The notes beneath the pieces are model-generated. The model saw only the letters and a list, made by a program, of their open reading frames with translations. It ran no database searches and had not been told where the DNA came from. The translations under genes were made by a program, and so were the position numbers. From the human T2T-CHM13v2.0 reference genome, Homo sapiens, in NCBI RefSeq assembly GCF_009914755.1, contig NC_060932.1: a DNA stretch of 64,000 nt. The stretch is one strand, 5' to 3'. Shown here piece by piece: positions 25,546 through 37,908 of this stretch. Numbering within the stretch: position 1 is the first letter of the stretch; every line of letters starts with the position of its first letter.

Positions 25546-27164
25546 TATGGTTCCAAATATCTAGACTGGAAGACATATTGGATCCTTCTCTATGAATCAG
25601 CTTCTGCTATTATCCCAGACCCTTCCCAACTGGCTTATTTTGGAGCGTATAACTGCATTTTTAAAAAATTATTCTCTTTGCACTCTCTAGAATTGTATAT
25701 ATGAATTTGGCTTCTTGTCCTGAAATATCCACCCATAGTCAAGGTACAGGGCAGCAGGAATTGTCTGATGATCATCTCTTGGACGTAGAGTACATCAGAA
25801 CCTTGAAAATTCTTGCTCATATTTATTTCATCTGTGTTTTCTCATCATCAATAATCCTTCCTTAGCCATTTCAGCATTCTAGTAAGCAAAGGATAAAGGC
25901 GTGCTGACTTTCTTTTTTAAATTCTGAAAAATGCCAGATCTATATTTTGGAGAAGCTAGCTGACTTGAGGCGATGACCCACTTAGGTTTTATTTCATCAT
26001 TCTTTTTGTACTCTCCATGACTCTTAGGAGGAAGAAAAATCAAACACCATCCACAAGAAAAGACAGCACTCATCCTCAAAACGACTTTTATAAGCCTGTG
26101 GATGAAGTATAAGGAGTAGACAGAGCCTGGGCCTGGGCGTTAGCGTCCTGAATTTTACTCCTGTGCCTGCCAGGGAGTCCCTGGTCCTTAGGAGGCTGGG
26201 TTTGGAGGAAGCAGGATGGTAGGTTATGAAAATTCAAAACAGCCTACTTGTGAAGAAGTGGAACAAATCCAGAAGCTACTTTTCAGCAATTGATTCTGTG
26301 GCAGAGTTAGAGCTACAAGCTTAGTGTTTGGATTCTATGACCACAATCTCTTGATATGTACCTGTTGTTTCCTTTAGTGAATATGAGAGTGCTTTGAAAA
26401 GAACAGGCATCCAAGTCTCCTGTGGTTCAGACTCTGATGCACGAGCTTCTACCGCTCCTTTCGGTGGAAGAACTAAAATCCTTTTCCATAATAAAACTAG
26501 TCCCAGGCGTTAGACAATCTTGGAACTTGCTTCCCTTTGTAAAATTGAGCATGCTTCCTTCTCTTTGCAATGGAAATGATGTCATAGTTAGACATTTGGT
26601 TATTATTTTTAAGGATTCTCTGTTTTTTTGTTTAAAACATGCCATACTCCTATGTAATTCCTGTCTTTCCATAGCTTAACACTTCTACTGGATGTCCCTT
26701 TGCATACAGATTAGAGTCTAAGCCTCAAGCATCCTATCCACCCCTCTTCCTCTATTCCTCTTTCCTTCCTGTGTCTGCACAAACTGCACCGTTTTCCCAC
26801 TATGTCTGCTTGGTCTGAGTATGTTCTAGCGCAGGGATAGCAAGGGACGAGATGGCCCTCAAGGAGCTTGAATTCTAATGAAAATAAGAAATTACTTTCA
26901 GTTTCCAGAGCACAAGGCTGTCTTCTCCCCACCTCATCACACTCCTCTTAGCCCTCTGGAAAGGGCTCTTTCTCGTTCAGGTGTCTCAGCTGGCGGCAGG
27001 TGGCTTTTCAATGCCCTGTGGTCGTGACAGTGCAGCCCTCCTTAAAGGCCTTGATGGCAGCCTCCCTATGAGAGTCTTACACATTACAAAGGAGCTGTGG
27101 GCATGGCAGTTGCCACAGGGCATTTGAATCTTTCACTTAACTGTTGCTCTTCTCACAAAAAAAT

Positions 27165-27308
27165 AAAAAGCTCTTTGAGGAAAAGAACTGTGATTGCTGC
27201 CTTGTCCCCCAACCTAGCACACTGCCTAGCCTAAGAAGACATGAATTAGTGCTGAGGAAATGAATTAATGAATGAATGAAGGGATGAATATTAAATCCAT
27301 GAATGAAC
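27165..27308 (+). mobile_element. L2 3' end with (GAAT)n tail
   Basis: 'aagctctttgagg...aacctagcacactgcctagc...gaatgaatgaagggatgaat'. Confidence 0.65.
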
Positions 27309-27498
27309 GGTTGTTATGACAAACACGGCTTCAGACAAGGCAGACGTTCTTTATGGAAGATCACTCACTGCCACTCAGTGTAAGATCAGGGCTGTCTAAA
27401 CACATTTACTAACAAGATATATGGTATGTTTACGTCCATTCAACAATTACTCTTGCAGTGAAACAAGAAGTAGAAGAAACAAAGTTAGTGTTCTCATA

Positions 27499-27955
27499 TG
27501 CAAGAGTTAGCGTTATGTGTCAACTTGGCTGGGCCAGATGAGCAGATATTTGGTCAACAATTATTCTGGATGTTTCTGTGAAGGTGATTTCTGCATAAAA
27601 TTCTTCTCTAAATTGGTGGACTTTGAGCAAAATAGATTGACCTCTCTAATGTGGATAGGCCTCGTTCAATCAGTTAATTAATAGAACAAAAGACTGATTT
27701 CTCCCTCCCCAAGCAAGAAGGGATTCGGGCAGCAGACTGCCTTCCACTTGAACAGCAAAACCTCCCTGGGTTTCACCCTGCAGACTTTGACTTGCATCTC
27801 CACAATCATGAGTTAATTTCTTAAAGTCTTGCACGAATGTGCTTTCTCTATATATACATACGTATCTATGCAGAGAGAGAAACATATGTGCACACATGTG
27901 TACAAACACATACACATTGTTTTGGCTCAATTTCTCCAGAACTCTGACTAATACA
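27499..27955 (+). mobile_element. MLT2C/D-like solo ERVL LTR
   Basis: 'ttatgtgtcaacttggctgggcc...cagatatttggtcaa...ctccagaactctgactaataca'; near-exact 5-bp TSD tcata/tcatg. Confidence 0.88.
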
Positions 27956-28349
27956 TCATGAACTTGCAGAATTTTGGATATTTGACAAATCTGAGGAATT
28001 GAAGAGACGGGCACCTCACCTTTTCTGAGCAGAAGAGTTCATTTGATGAAACCTGAAGTAGAGAGCAGGTGAGTACTTCCAGTAATTAAGCAAAGAAGAG
28101 AATCATCTACCGAATGTGTTTATTATAAATATTAAATAATGGAATCAGACTTCCTATGTTATGAATTCCTTGACTATTAGAATGCACTATGCAGATATCA
28201 GCACATTTAGAAGCTGAAGAGATTGCAATCACCGTATTTTTGTCATTTTTAGACACGCCGTTTTACATGAATGCAGAAAAGTGTAATTATAAATAATACG
28301 GGCCATTTATTAATTGTTGCATACTTTTTCATATAGTGTATATTAGACA

Positions 28350-28560
28350 TATTCATGTAAAGCATTAAGTAATTATGCATGTATTATCTCATGTGCTTTT
28401 CAACATAAGTCTACTGCTACCTACATTATATTATTCCCATTTTCCCAATGATGAAAGAGATGTACATGGCAGTTATACAAACTATCTAAAGTCATCCATT
28501 TAAAGGTATAGACTGAAGATTTGAAGTCAAGTTTCTCTGATCCCAAAGTGTGCATACTGG
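28350..28560 (-). mobile_element. MIR
   Basis: 'attattcccattttcccaatgatgaaa...gatttgaagtcaagtttctctgatcccaaag'. Confidence 0.6.
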
Positions 28561-28641
28561 CTACAATAGAAAGTAATCAGTGACAAATATACACACAGGT
28601 TTCCTTTTTTCAATAGAAACTATTGCGATTCAAGCAGACAT

Positions 28642-28742
28642 TGTTGGTGTTGCTGACATCCCCTTACTACTCACCTTCACATGGCAAGGGGCACGTACTG
28701 CAGGCATCTGTGTCTTTCTGCCTGAGAGCTCTGTGTGGTGTA

Positions 28743-28793
<51 letters not shown>

Positions 28794-29144
28794 AATCCTG
28801 GCTGGAAAGCTTGCTGGCCTTATGCATAGATGCCGTCAGAGAAATACATCTTCCATTCAAGTACATCAGGGTAAAAGCATGAGGACTCACCGATGTCCTC
28901 ATCCCTCAGTTGGGATAGCTCTGAGGCATGCTCTGTGGTATCTTTTAGCATTCTCCAGTAGAATTTTGCTTTAGTTGCCCATGTTGACTACCGGATAATT
29001 TTGCAAATTTTATTGGCCACACTTCCTTCCTTATCTCAGTTTCCCACTGCCTTACTGGTGATTCTTGAGTTCTCTCTCAAATCAGTTACAGCCCCTCCAA
29101 TCCTTGCCTCAGGGTTCATTTCTAGGACGACCCAAATTGAGATA
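28642..29144 (+). mobile_element. LTR33-like ERVL LTR containing a (TG)n tract
   Basis: 'gggatagctctgaggcatg...' and the terminus 'aatccttgcctcagggttcatttctaggacgacccaaattgagata'. Confidence 0.65.
28747..28791. repeat. (GT)n microsatellite of about 22 units
   Basis: Uninterrupted gtgtgt run. Confidence 0.97.
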
Positions 29145-30427
29145 GTAATCTGAAATTTTTGGAAATGTTCATGTATTTTAGTCATTACAGATTAGTTAAA
29201 TTCCCCAACGCTTTAGTGTTTCCCTTTTAAATGCTTTCCAGTATGATAATCTCTGTCCTTGAAGCTGAGGACAGGAAGGCAAATGCCTAGATTACTAAAA
29301 TTGTCTCTGCAAAATCCCAGTACAGTAATTAATACCTATTACCAGTGCATGTGGGGAAATGTTGTCTGAGGCAATATTTGCGTATTTATCTACTCTATAG
29401 ACTTTTAAGTGCATGCCCTTTTTGCAAACACCCTCAGGGTACATGTACAATAAAGAATTCTGTTAATTAAAATGCAGCTATTGCATTAATAAAACATCAG
29501 ATAAAACTGCAGAAAGTAGTTTGATAGTGCCACGTTTTTGTTTGTTGGATCAGAATTTTGCTTTCTCCCCCAACTTTCTTTCTTTAATAGGCCTTTCTGT
29601 ATTACTCTCTGAGATATCTAATTGAGGCTAGGATCATGAATACCTGGAACCTCAATGAGACCTGTACTGATTTCAGAGGATCCAGGGATGGGAATTATAG
29701 CACACTTTGGGAAGCATCCAGATGGAATGCTGGTGATATGAAGAGAGGAAACCCAAGAACAAACAGTAGGAGGAATTTTATTACGTTGATTTTCACTTTG
29801 CTGTTTGCTGATTTTCACCTTCTTAAGCTTTTAGTTCCTCTCCACCATACAAAAGTACTGCTCCCATGTTCCATTGAATCAACACATGTCATTGTAGTCA
29901 CATCAAATTACACTTCCTGCATCTTTACCTCTGTAAAGTAAGGATGATTGCTCAATACATTTGGCCAAAATATCTGAATCCTTTAGAGAGCCCTGAGAGA
30001 GAATTTCTTATAATACATTCACTCTATTTTCTTCTCTATACACCTGTTGAAGTGGCTTCATGACTATTTTAAAATGGAGACAGCCAAAACCTAAAATTGC
30101 ATTTATGCAAACGACAGGGCATTTTTCAGACACTCACAGGAATTGCACGCTTCCATGTTAGGGTACATGGTGTTTTATTCTCATAGAATAATAATATCGT
30201 TATCCACATAATTGTAACCATTACTATTTATGAAATAGTTTATACTTGTTAAGCTTTTCTTAAATGATTTTTGTTCTATACCTTTTAAATTTACTCTTCA
30301 CAACAGATCAATGAAGTTGGTTTTATCATTAGTCCCATTTTACAGATGAGTGTAGGTATCTTTTTAGAGTTCCTTCTACAGATAGATGGTAAAAAAAAGT
30401 CTTGCATTCTTAAACACACTTCATAAA

Positions 30428-30565
30428 TGTGCCATCCAATATTGTAGACACTAGCCACATTAAATCAAAAGCAAAAAGTAAGTTAAATTAATGTTGAATC
30501 ATATAAATGAATTAAAATTTAATTAAGTTAAAATGTAGTGTCTCAGTCATATTGACCATAATTTT
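30428..30565. mobile_element. MER33/MER3-like hAT-Charlie fragment
   Basis: 'tccaatattgtagacactagccacat...tgtctcagtcatattgaccata'. Confidence 0.5.
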
Positions 30566-30581
30566 TTCCCATAATCAATAC

Positions 30582-30586
30582 TTTCT

Positions 30587-30625
<39 letters not shown>

Positions 30626-30867
30626 TTTTTTGAGACGGAGTCTTGCTGTGTCACCCAGGCTGGAGTGCAGTGGTGTGATCTCGGCTCACACTGCAAACTC
30701 TGCCTCCCGGGTTCACGCCATTCTCCTGCCTCAGCCTCCCAAGTAGCTGGGACTACAGGTGCCCGCTACCACGCCTGGCTAATTTTTTATATTTTCAGTA
30801 GAGACGGGGTTTCACTGTGTTAGCCAGGATGGTTTCGATCCCCTGACCTCGTGATCTGCCTGCCTCG
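30582..30867 (-). mobile_element. 5'-truncated AluY with a long T/(CTTTT) tail on the plus strand
   Basis: 'ttcacgccattctcc', 'gtgttagccaggatgg' and 'ctgacctcgtgatc' are AluY diagnostics; it stops at 'gcctcg', lacking about 45 nt of the 5' end; no TSD seen. Confidence 0.95.
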
Positions 30868-31669
30868 AATTTTTGAGGTATGACTAGCAAACAAAAATTT
30901 AAGGTGAACAATATTTAAGGTGAAAAAATTTAAGGTGAACAATATTTAAGGTGAACAAATATTTAAGGTGAGCAATATGGTGTTTTGATATACCTATACA
31001 TTGTAAAATAATTAACACAACCAAGCAAATTAATATGTCCCTTATTCCACATAGTTACCTCTTTTAATGAGAACACTTGAGATCTACTTTTTAGCAAATG
31101 TCAAGTATACAATACGTTGTTATCAACAAGAGTCATCATACTGTATGTTAAATTTTCAAAATTTATTTGTGTTATAACTTGAAAGTTTATATTCTTTGAC
31201 GAACTTTTTTCCTTTTCCAGTACCCACCTTCTGCCCCCGATAACTACCATTCTCTTCTCTTTTACTAGGAGTATAACTTTAAAAAAGATTTTCACATATA
31301 ACTGAGGTCATGTAGCATTTGTCTTCCTACATCTGGCTGATTTCATTTAACATAATGTCCTTCAGGTTCATCCAAGTTATTGCAAATGACAAGATTTTTT
31401 ACTTTTTTAAGGCTGAATAATTCTCCATAGTATATGTAAATACCAAATTTTTTATCGATTCATCCATCAATGGACACTTTGGTTGTTTCCATGTCTTGTC
31501 CACTGTGAATAATGCTGCAACATTACTCTGCCGTTGTAATGCTTCACTCCAGAGGTTCAGATGTCTCTTCAAGATTGTGATTTTTATCTCATTTGGAAAC
31601 ATATCCAGAAGTGGACTTGCTGGATCATATTGTAGTTCTAATTTTAGTTTTTGGAAGAATCTCTACAAT

Positions 31670-33216
31670 TGTCTCAGGATCCTTAGGGTGTCACTTCAGC
31701 AGCTGAAACCTCTGTGGCCAGTGGTGCCTCTGCCTGGGTTTTGCTCATGCCTGCTGGGCTTGTTCCGTCCGCTTGGCCTGACCTGCTATGCTTGGCTTAC
31801 GATACCCTCCCGGATCCCACACCTGCCAAGGACGAGACAGGCGCAGAGTGGAGAGGGGTGTGTGGGCAAGTGAGCATGGGATCTGGCCACTGCACACAGC
31901 CAGGTACGCTGGCGGCTGCTGCGACGAGGGCAGCTCCAGGCGCCAGCACAGGTGTCAGCTACAGGCAAGGCTGTGCCTGGACAAGACATACTGCAAGCAG
32001 CTTCCACTGAGGTCAGCAGCATTTGGACAAGGGGATTGCCATGATGCCCAAAATCTTGGAGATGACAGGAACCCTAGACCCCCAAAGAGGGCAATACAGT
32101 GCGTCACAGCCCTGGTTCAGGGAGCCCCGAGGTTTCGGCTCCTAGAAGGGCCGCAACTCCTCTCTACTTCTCCTTGCCTGCAACGTGGTGAGCAGGGGGC
32201 CATGTTTTAGCCCTGTTTGTGTTACAGCTCTTTCAGTCCTGCCATTAGACGGGTTCCATGTTCAGGAAGAAGGAGATTCACAGACAACTGTAGGGTGAGC
32301 CAGGTGGAGAGGAGCTTAATTGAGTGACAGAGCAGCTTGCAGGAGACCCGAAGTAGGTAGCTCCTTTCTGCAGGCAGGTCATCGCACCGCGTGCCCAACT
32401 CTCAGCAGAGAGGGGACCCGCAGTGGGTAGTTCCTTTCTGCAGGCAGGCTGTCCTGATGAGTTGAGGAGACCCTGAGTGAGGAGCTCCTTCCCGCAGTTG
32501 GTATTCCCAACTTGTTTCCCAGTCAGCCTGGGTTTTTATGGGCTCAGCAGGGAGGAAGTGTGTGCTGATTGGTCCATAGGGATCCATGAGCAGGCCCGGA
32601 AACAGCACCCCGAGTTTTCACTCTAAGCCACAGATTTCATCCAGAACTGACAGCCTGGCCACCAGGCTTCAGGCTGTCCCTGGCTTGAAGGTGAGGTTTC
32701 ACCTGGGACCTGCCCCTTTCCACCCAGGAGCCTGTCTGCCTCCTGCCGTCAACATGCCATCCATGGTGCCCAGGCTATTTGTGCCAAGGGATGAGGAATG
32801 CCTGCAGGCTCATGCCGAGCTACCCTCAGCCCACCCCTCAGACTCCCTCCTGTGCTCCTAGGTGCCCAAAGTCCAGAGGGGGCCGAGACGGCAGGATGCT
32901 GGTGTGTCAATGCCATCCTGAGTGCACGCATACCCAGCTGGGTTGCAACAGCACCCGGTTTCCGCCACAACTTTCCTCCGAAACTGGAGAGGCCAGGGAC
33001 GGGAGCAGGCACTTCCCAACTTGCAGGGCCAGGGAGGGCTTCCTGGGCTTCTCAGAGTGCAGGGATGCCTGGGTTCAGAGCCGTAGCTAGGCAGCTGCAG
33101 CTGCACCTGGGAGTGTGAGGCTACCACCTCGCCAACTACGTAGAGTGCGGGGCGACTTCCACTCTGCAGCCAGCATCTTCTCAGTGGCACACTAGACGGG
33201 GCTACCACTGCCATGA
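31670..33216 (-). mobile_element. MER52-family solo ERV1 LTR (GC-rich, about 1.55 kb)
   Basis: The minus strand begins 't(c)atggcagtggtagccccgtctag...gaagatgctggctgcag' and ends 'cctgagaca'; 4-bp TSD CAAT (31666-31669 and 33217-33220); the host L1 resumes after it. Confidence 0.85.
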
Positions 33217-34599
33217 CAATGATTGTACCAATTCACAATCTGATCAACACAGAGTGCTTCCATCTTTCCACATCCTTACAAACAACATTTGTTATCTTTT
33301 GTCTTTTTGATAACAGTCATTCTAACAGGTTTTGTTTTGCATTTCTCAGACGCTTAGTGATGTTGAGCATATTCTCATACACCTGTGTGCCATTTGTGTG
33401 TTTTCTTTGAAAATGTCTAATCAGGATCTGTGTGCATTTTTTATTCAGGCCATTTGAATTCTTGCTATTCTGTTGTGTGAGTTTGCATCCCTTATATAAT
33501 TTGGAAACTAACCTCTAATTGGATACGTGGTTTGCAAATAATTTCTCCCATTTCACAGATCGCCTCTTTATTCTGTTGATTGTTTTCACTGCTGTGCAAA
33601 AAACTTCTTAGTTTGATTTAGTTCCACTGGTTTATTTTTGCATTTATTGGCTGCGCTTTAAGTGTCACATTCAAAACATCATTGCCAAGATCAATATCAA
33701 GGAGATTTTTCGTTCTTTTCCTCTAGAAGTTTTGTGGTTTCACGTACTGTGTTTAAGTTTTAATATAATTTTAGTTGACTTTTTTTGTTTCTGGGTTAAG
33801 ATAAGGGTCCAATTTAATTATTTGAATGTAAATAACCATTTTTGCAACAATATTTATTGAAGATACTATCCTTCCTTTATTAAGTTTCTTGACAATTTTG
33901 TCACATATTAGTTGAGCATGTGTGTGTGGGTTTATTTCTGGGCCCTCTATTTTCTTCCATTGGTCTACCTGCCTGTTTTGATGCCAGTGCCATACTGTAC
34001 TCATTATTATAGCATTGTATTATGACTTGAAATCAAAAGGTCTGGTGTCTCCAGCTTTGTTCTTCTGGCTCAAAATTGCTTTGGCTATTTGGGGTCATTT
34101 ATGGTTCCATACAAATTTTAGGATTTTTTTCTATTCCTGTGAAAAATGTCATTGAAATTTTGATAGAGATGGCATTGAAACTGTAGATCACTCTGAGTAA
34201 AATGGACATTTAAACAATATTAATTCTCCTAATCCATGAACACAGTATATGTTTGTATTCATTTGTGTTTTCTTCAATGTTTTTATCAATATATTATAGT
34301 TTTCAATGCATAAATCTTTCACTCCTTGGTTAAATTTATTCTTGAGTATTTAATTCTTTTTGATGCCACTAGAAATAACATTATTTTCTTTATTTTTTTG
34401 AAAAATTTGTTGTTAGTGTATAGAAACACAATTTTTGTATGTCAATTTTGTATCCTTGCAAATTTTGTATCCTTGCAAATTTGTATGCCAATTTTGTATC
34501 CTTGCAAATTAGTTAGTTTTAATCAATTTTGGTATACTTTAAATCAATTTTTTAATTGATTTAAAAGTTTTTAATCAATTTTGGTATAGTTTAAAAAAT

Positions 34600-35640
34600 T
34601 ATATATGTGTATATACATATATGTGTGTCTATATCATTATATCTATGTATATATACATATATCTATGTATATATACATATATAGATATCTATATACATAT
34701 ATATACATATATGTGTGTCTATATCTATATATGTATAGATATAGTATATAGATATCTGCATATAGATATCTATATATGTATATATACATAGATATCTATA
34801 TATGTATATATACATATATAGATATAGACACACATATATGTATATAGACATATATAATTTTTATAATATGTATATCTATACATATATAGATATCTACATC
34901 TATACATATGTAGATATCTACATCTATACATATGTAGATATCTACATCTATACATATGTAGATATCTACATCTATACATATGTAGATATCTACATCTATA
35001 CATATGTAGATATCTACATCTATACATATGTAGATATCTACATCTATACATATGTAGATATCTATATCCATATATACATATGTAGATATCTATATCCATA
35101 TATACATATGTAGATATCTATATCCATATATACATATGTAGATATCTATATCCATATATACATATGTAGATATCTATATCCATATATACATATGTAGATA
35201 TCTATATCCATATATACATATGTAGATATCTATATCCATATATACATATGTAGATATCTATATCCATATATACATATGTAGATATCTATATCCATATATA
35301 CATATGTAGATATCTATATCTATATTATACATATTAGATATCTATATCTATATTATACATATGTAGATATCTATATCTATATTATACATATGTAGATATC
35401 CATATATATGTAGATACCCATATATACATACACAGATATCCATATATCTACATATATAGATATCCATGTATATACATATATAGATATCCATATATACATA
35501 TATATGTATCCATATATGTATATATGGATATCTATATATGTAGATATCGATATAGATATCTATATATGTAGATATGCATATATGTATATATGGATATATT
35601 AGATATATATCTAATATGTCTATATTTTAGACATATTAGA
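34600..35640. repeat. TA-rich palindromic minisatellite/VNTR
   Basis: 6 x tatacatatgtagatatctacatc (34901-35044), then 9 x tatacatatgtagatatctatatccata (35045-35296), then 29-bp variants, with degenerate flanks. Confidence 0.95.
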
Positions 35641-37816
35641 TCACATTATCTACAAGGACTTGAAATTCTTTTTTTCCAATTTGGATGCCTTTTATGTCTC
35701 TTTCTTGCCAAATTGCTCTGGCTAGAACTTTCAGTATTATGTTGAATGGCAATGGTGAGAGTTGTCAACCTCATCTTTTTTCTTATCTTAGAGAAAAAGC
35801 TTTCAGTTTTTCACCATTGAGTAAGATTGTTAGGTGTGTTCTTGTCATTTGTGGCCCTTATTATGTTTAGGTTCATTTCTTCAATACTCAATTTGTTGAG
35901 AACTTTTGTAATGAAAGGATGTTAAATTTCGTCAAATGCTTTAACTGCATCTATTGATATTATAATTTTTATTCTTTACTTTTATTATTTGTCTCTTAAT
36001 GAATGTGGTGTATCACAATTGTCAATTTGCCTATGTTGAACCATCCTTGTATCCTATGGGAAGATCCACTTGATAATGGTGTATAATCCTTTTTACACGC
36101 TATGAATTCAATTTGCTGATACTTTGTGGAGAATTTTTTTTATCAGTGTTAGTCAAGGACGTTGGACTGTTATTTTCTTTCTTATAGTGTGCTTCTCTGG
36201 CATTGGTATGAGGGTAATGTTGGCTTCATAAAATGAGTTTGAAAGTGTTCTCTTATCCTCAATTTTTTGAAAGACTATGAGACGAATTGGGGAAAATTCT
36301 TCTTTAAATGTTTTGTGGAGTTTGCCAGTGAAGACATCAGGTCCTGGACTCTTCTTTATTGGGAGTCTTCTTAATTCGATCTCCTTACCTGTCATTGGTT
36401 TGTTCTGATTTTCTACTTCTTCATGATTTAATCTTGGTATATTGTATGTTTCTAGAAATTTGGCCATTCGTTTTAGGGTATACAATTTGCTCGTGTATAA
36501 ATATACTAATTTCTAGTGGTCCTTTGTATTTCTCTGGTATCGGTTATAATGTCTTCTCTTTCATTTCTGATTGTATTTATTTGAGCCTGCTCTTTTTTTT
36601 TCTTAGTCTAGATAAAAGTTTGCCAATATTACTGCTCTTTAAAAACAATTCTTAGTTTAGTTGATCTTTTCTATTGTTTTCTAGTTGTGCCCTTCATTCA
36701 TAATGTGTTATTGGACTTTCAGCCTCTTGATTTACACAGACAATATTTACTTCTTGTAGCTTCTCACTGGTCTTGGTCCAGTGATTGATAGTGTTCTCCT
36801 GGTCTTGCCTAAGCTCTCCTTTTCACTTAGGTAATATCTTCCCAGGTGGCAGGCCTAGCCTGGAACCAGAACAACTATCCCCACTCTAAACCAAAAACAC
36901 CACTTTTCGCCCACACCTGTCCAAAGAGAATTCCTTAATGTCTCCTCTCACCTTTTCCATGCCCACTTCTTTAGACACTGTTTAAGCCACTCACTTTATT
37001 TCCATAGAAAATATAACAGTAATATTCCATCTACAGACAAGAGTTTGTTCTGCCTGGATTTTTTTTTAGAAAAAGGGAATATTACACTATAAATCTGTCA
37101 CATAAAAGTGATTTCCTATTTCTGTCTTAACTTGGGTGCCTCTGAACAAGAAATATTACCTTTCTTCTCTGTATGGTATGCTCTAACTGTCCTGTTTGTA
37201 TGTTTAATGAATATATTTAATGACAAAGCTAGGAAAGGGATGACAAATGAGGTTGTAGGAGGCTGGATAAAGATGCTGATAGATATAGACACCAAGAAAT
37301 CCATAGGAAAATACAGGGCACATCTTAGTTTCATAGACTTCAATTACTAGTAAGAGAAGCCATTTGTTCAAACACTCTGCAGCTAGAGACTCCACACTTG
37401 CAAGGTATCCCAGCCTTGAAAGGGAGGATTTGTCTGACACCATCTCCACTCACAAGAGCGTGAAATCCAAAGAGAGTGACAGACATACAGACATACCGTG
37501 CCAGCACATTGAAGCATGTGAAACAACTCAGCAAAAGCATAGAGGAGAAAGGGAGAATATATTTGAAAGACTGAAAGTATGAAAGTAGCTCAGAATTACT
37601 AAATCACAAGTAGCAAACAAAGTCTGACAAATATATATTGTGCACATCAAAAATAGGATTTTCGTCATCTTCTTTTCTTATTATGTTTCTCATAATTTGA
37701 ACTTATTTAGACCAGCAACACCACAATGTTATTATTTCAAAGGCAGAAATTGCCCCATATAAATGTATTTCTCTCCTTACAGTACCCTACTATTCTCCCT
37801 CAAATTCTTTCTTCAT

Positions 37817-37908
37817 GTTTTAATTGGCAACTAAAAATTGAATATATATATATTTTTTTCAATGTACAATAAGTTGTTTTGAAATATGTATACATTGTGG
37901 AATGGCTT
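37817..37908 (-). mobile_element. Short L1MA 3' terminal fragment
   Basis: 'tttaattggcaactaaaaattg...aatgtacaataagttgttttgaaatatgtatacattgtggaatggct'. Confidence 0.7.

Larger units (their letters stand above)
30868..36690 (-). mobile_element. L1MA (L1MA8/9-like) 3' UTR plus ORF2, interrupted by MER52 and a minisatellite
   Basis: 3' UTR at 30868-31500; ORF2 remnants ALFTVDKTWKQPKCP, VWHWHQNRQVDQWKKIE and KKSPGPDVFTGKLHKTFKEE. Confidence 0.9.

Noticed and set aside
28580-28974. ORFs with CVCVCV runs
   Set aside because: These are translations of the (GT)n microsatellite.
31496-33214. Dense cluster of overlapping ORFs suggesting a gene or CpG-island promoter
   Set aside because: It lies in the GC-rich MER52 LTR bounded by a TSD, where stop codons are rare by composition.
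34663-35113. Repetitive peptides (MYRCRYLH)n and (DIYICIDV)n, or a CRISPR-like array
   Set aside because: These are translations of the 24-bp tandem unit. There are no unique spacers and the context is eukaryotic.
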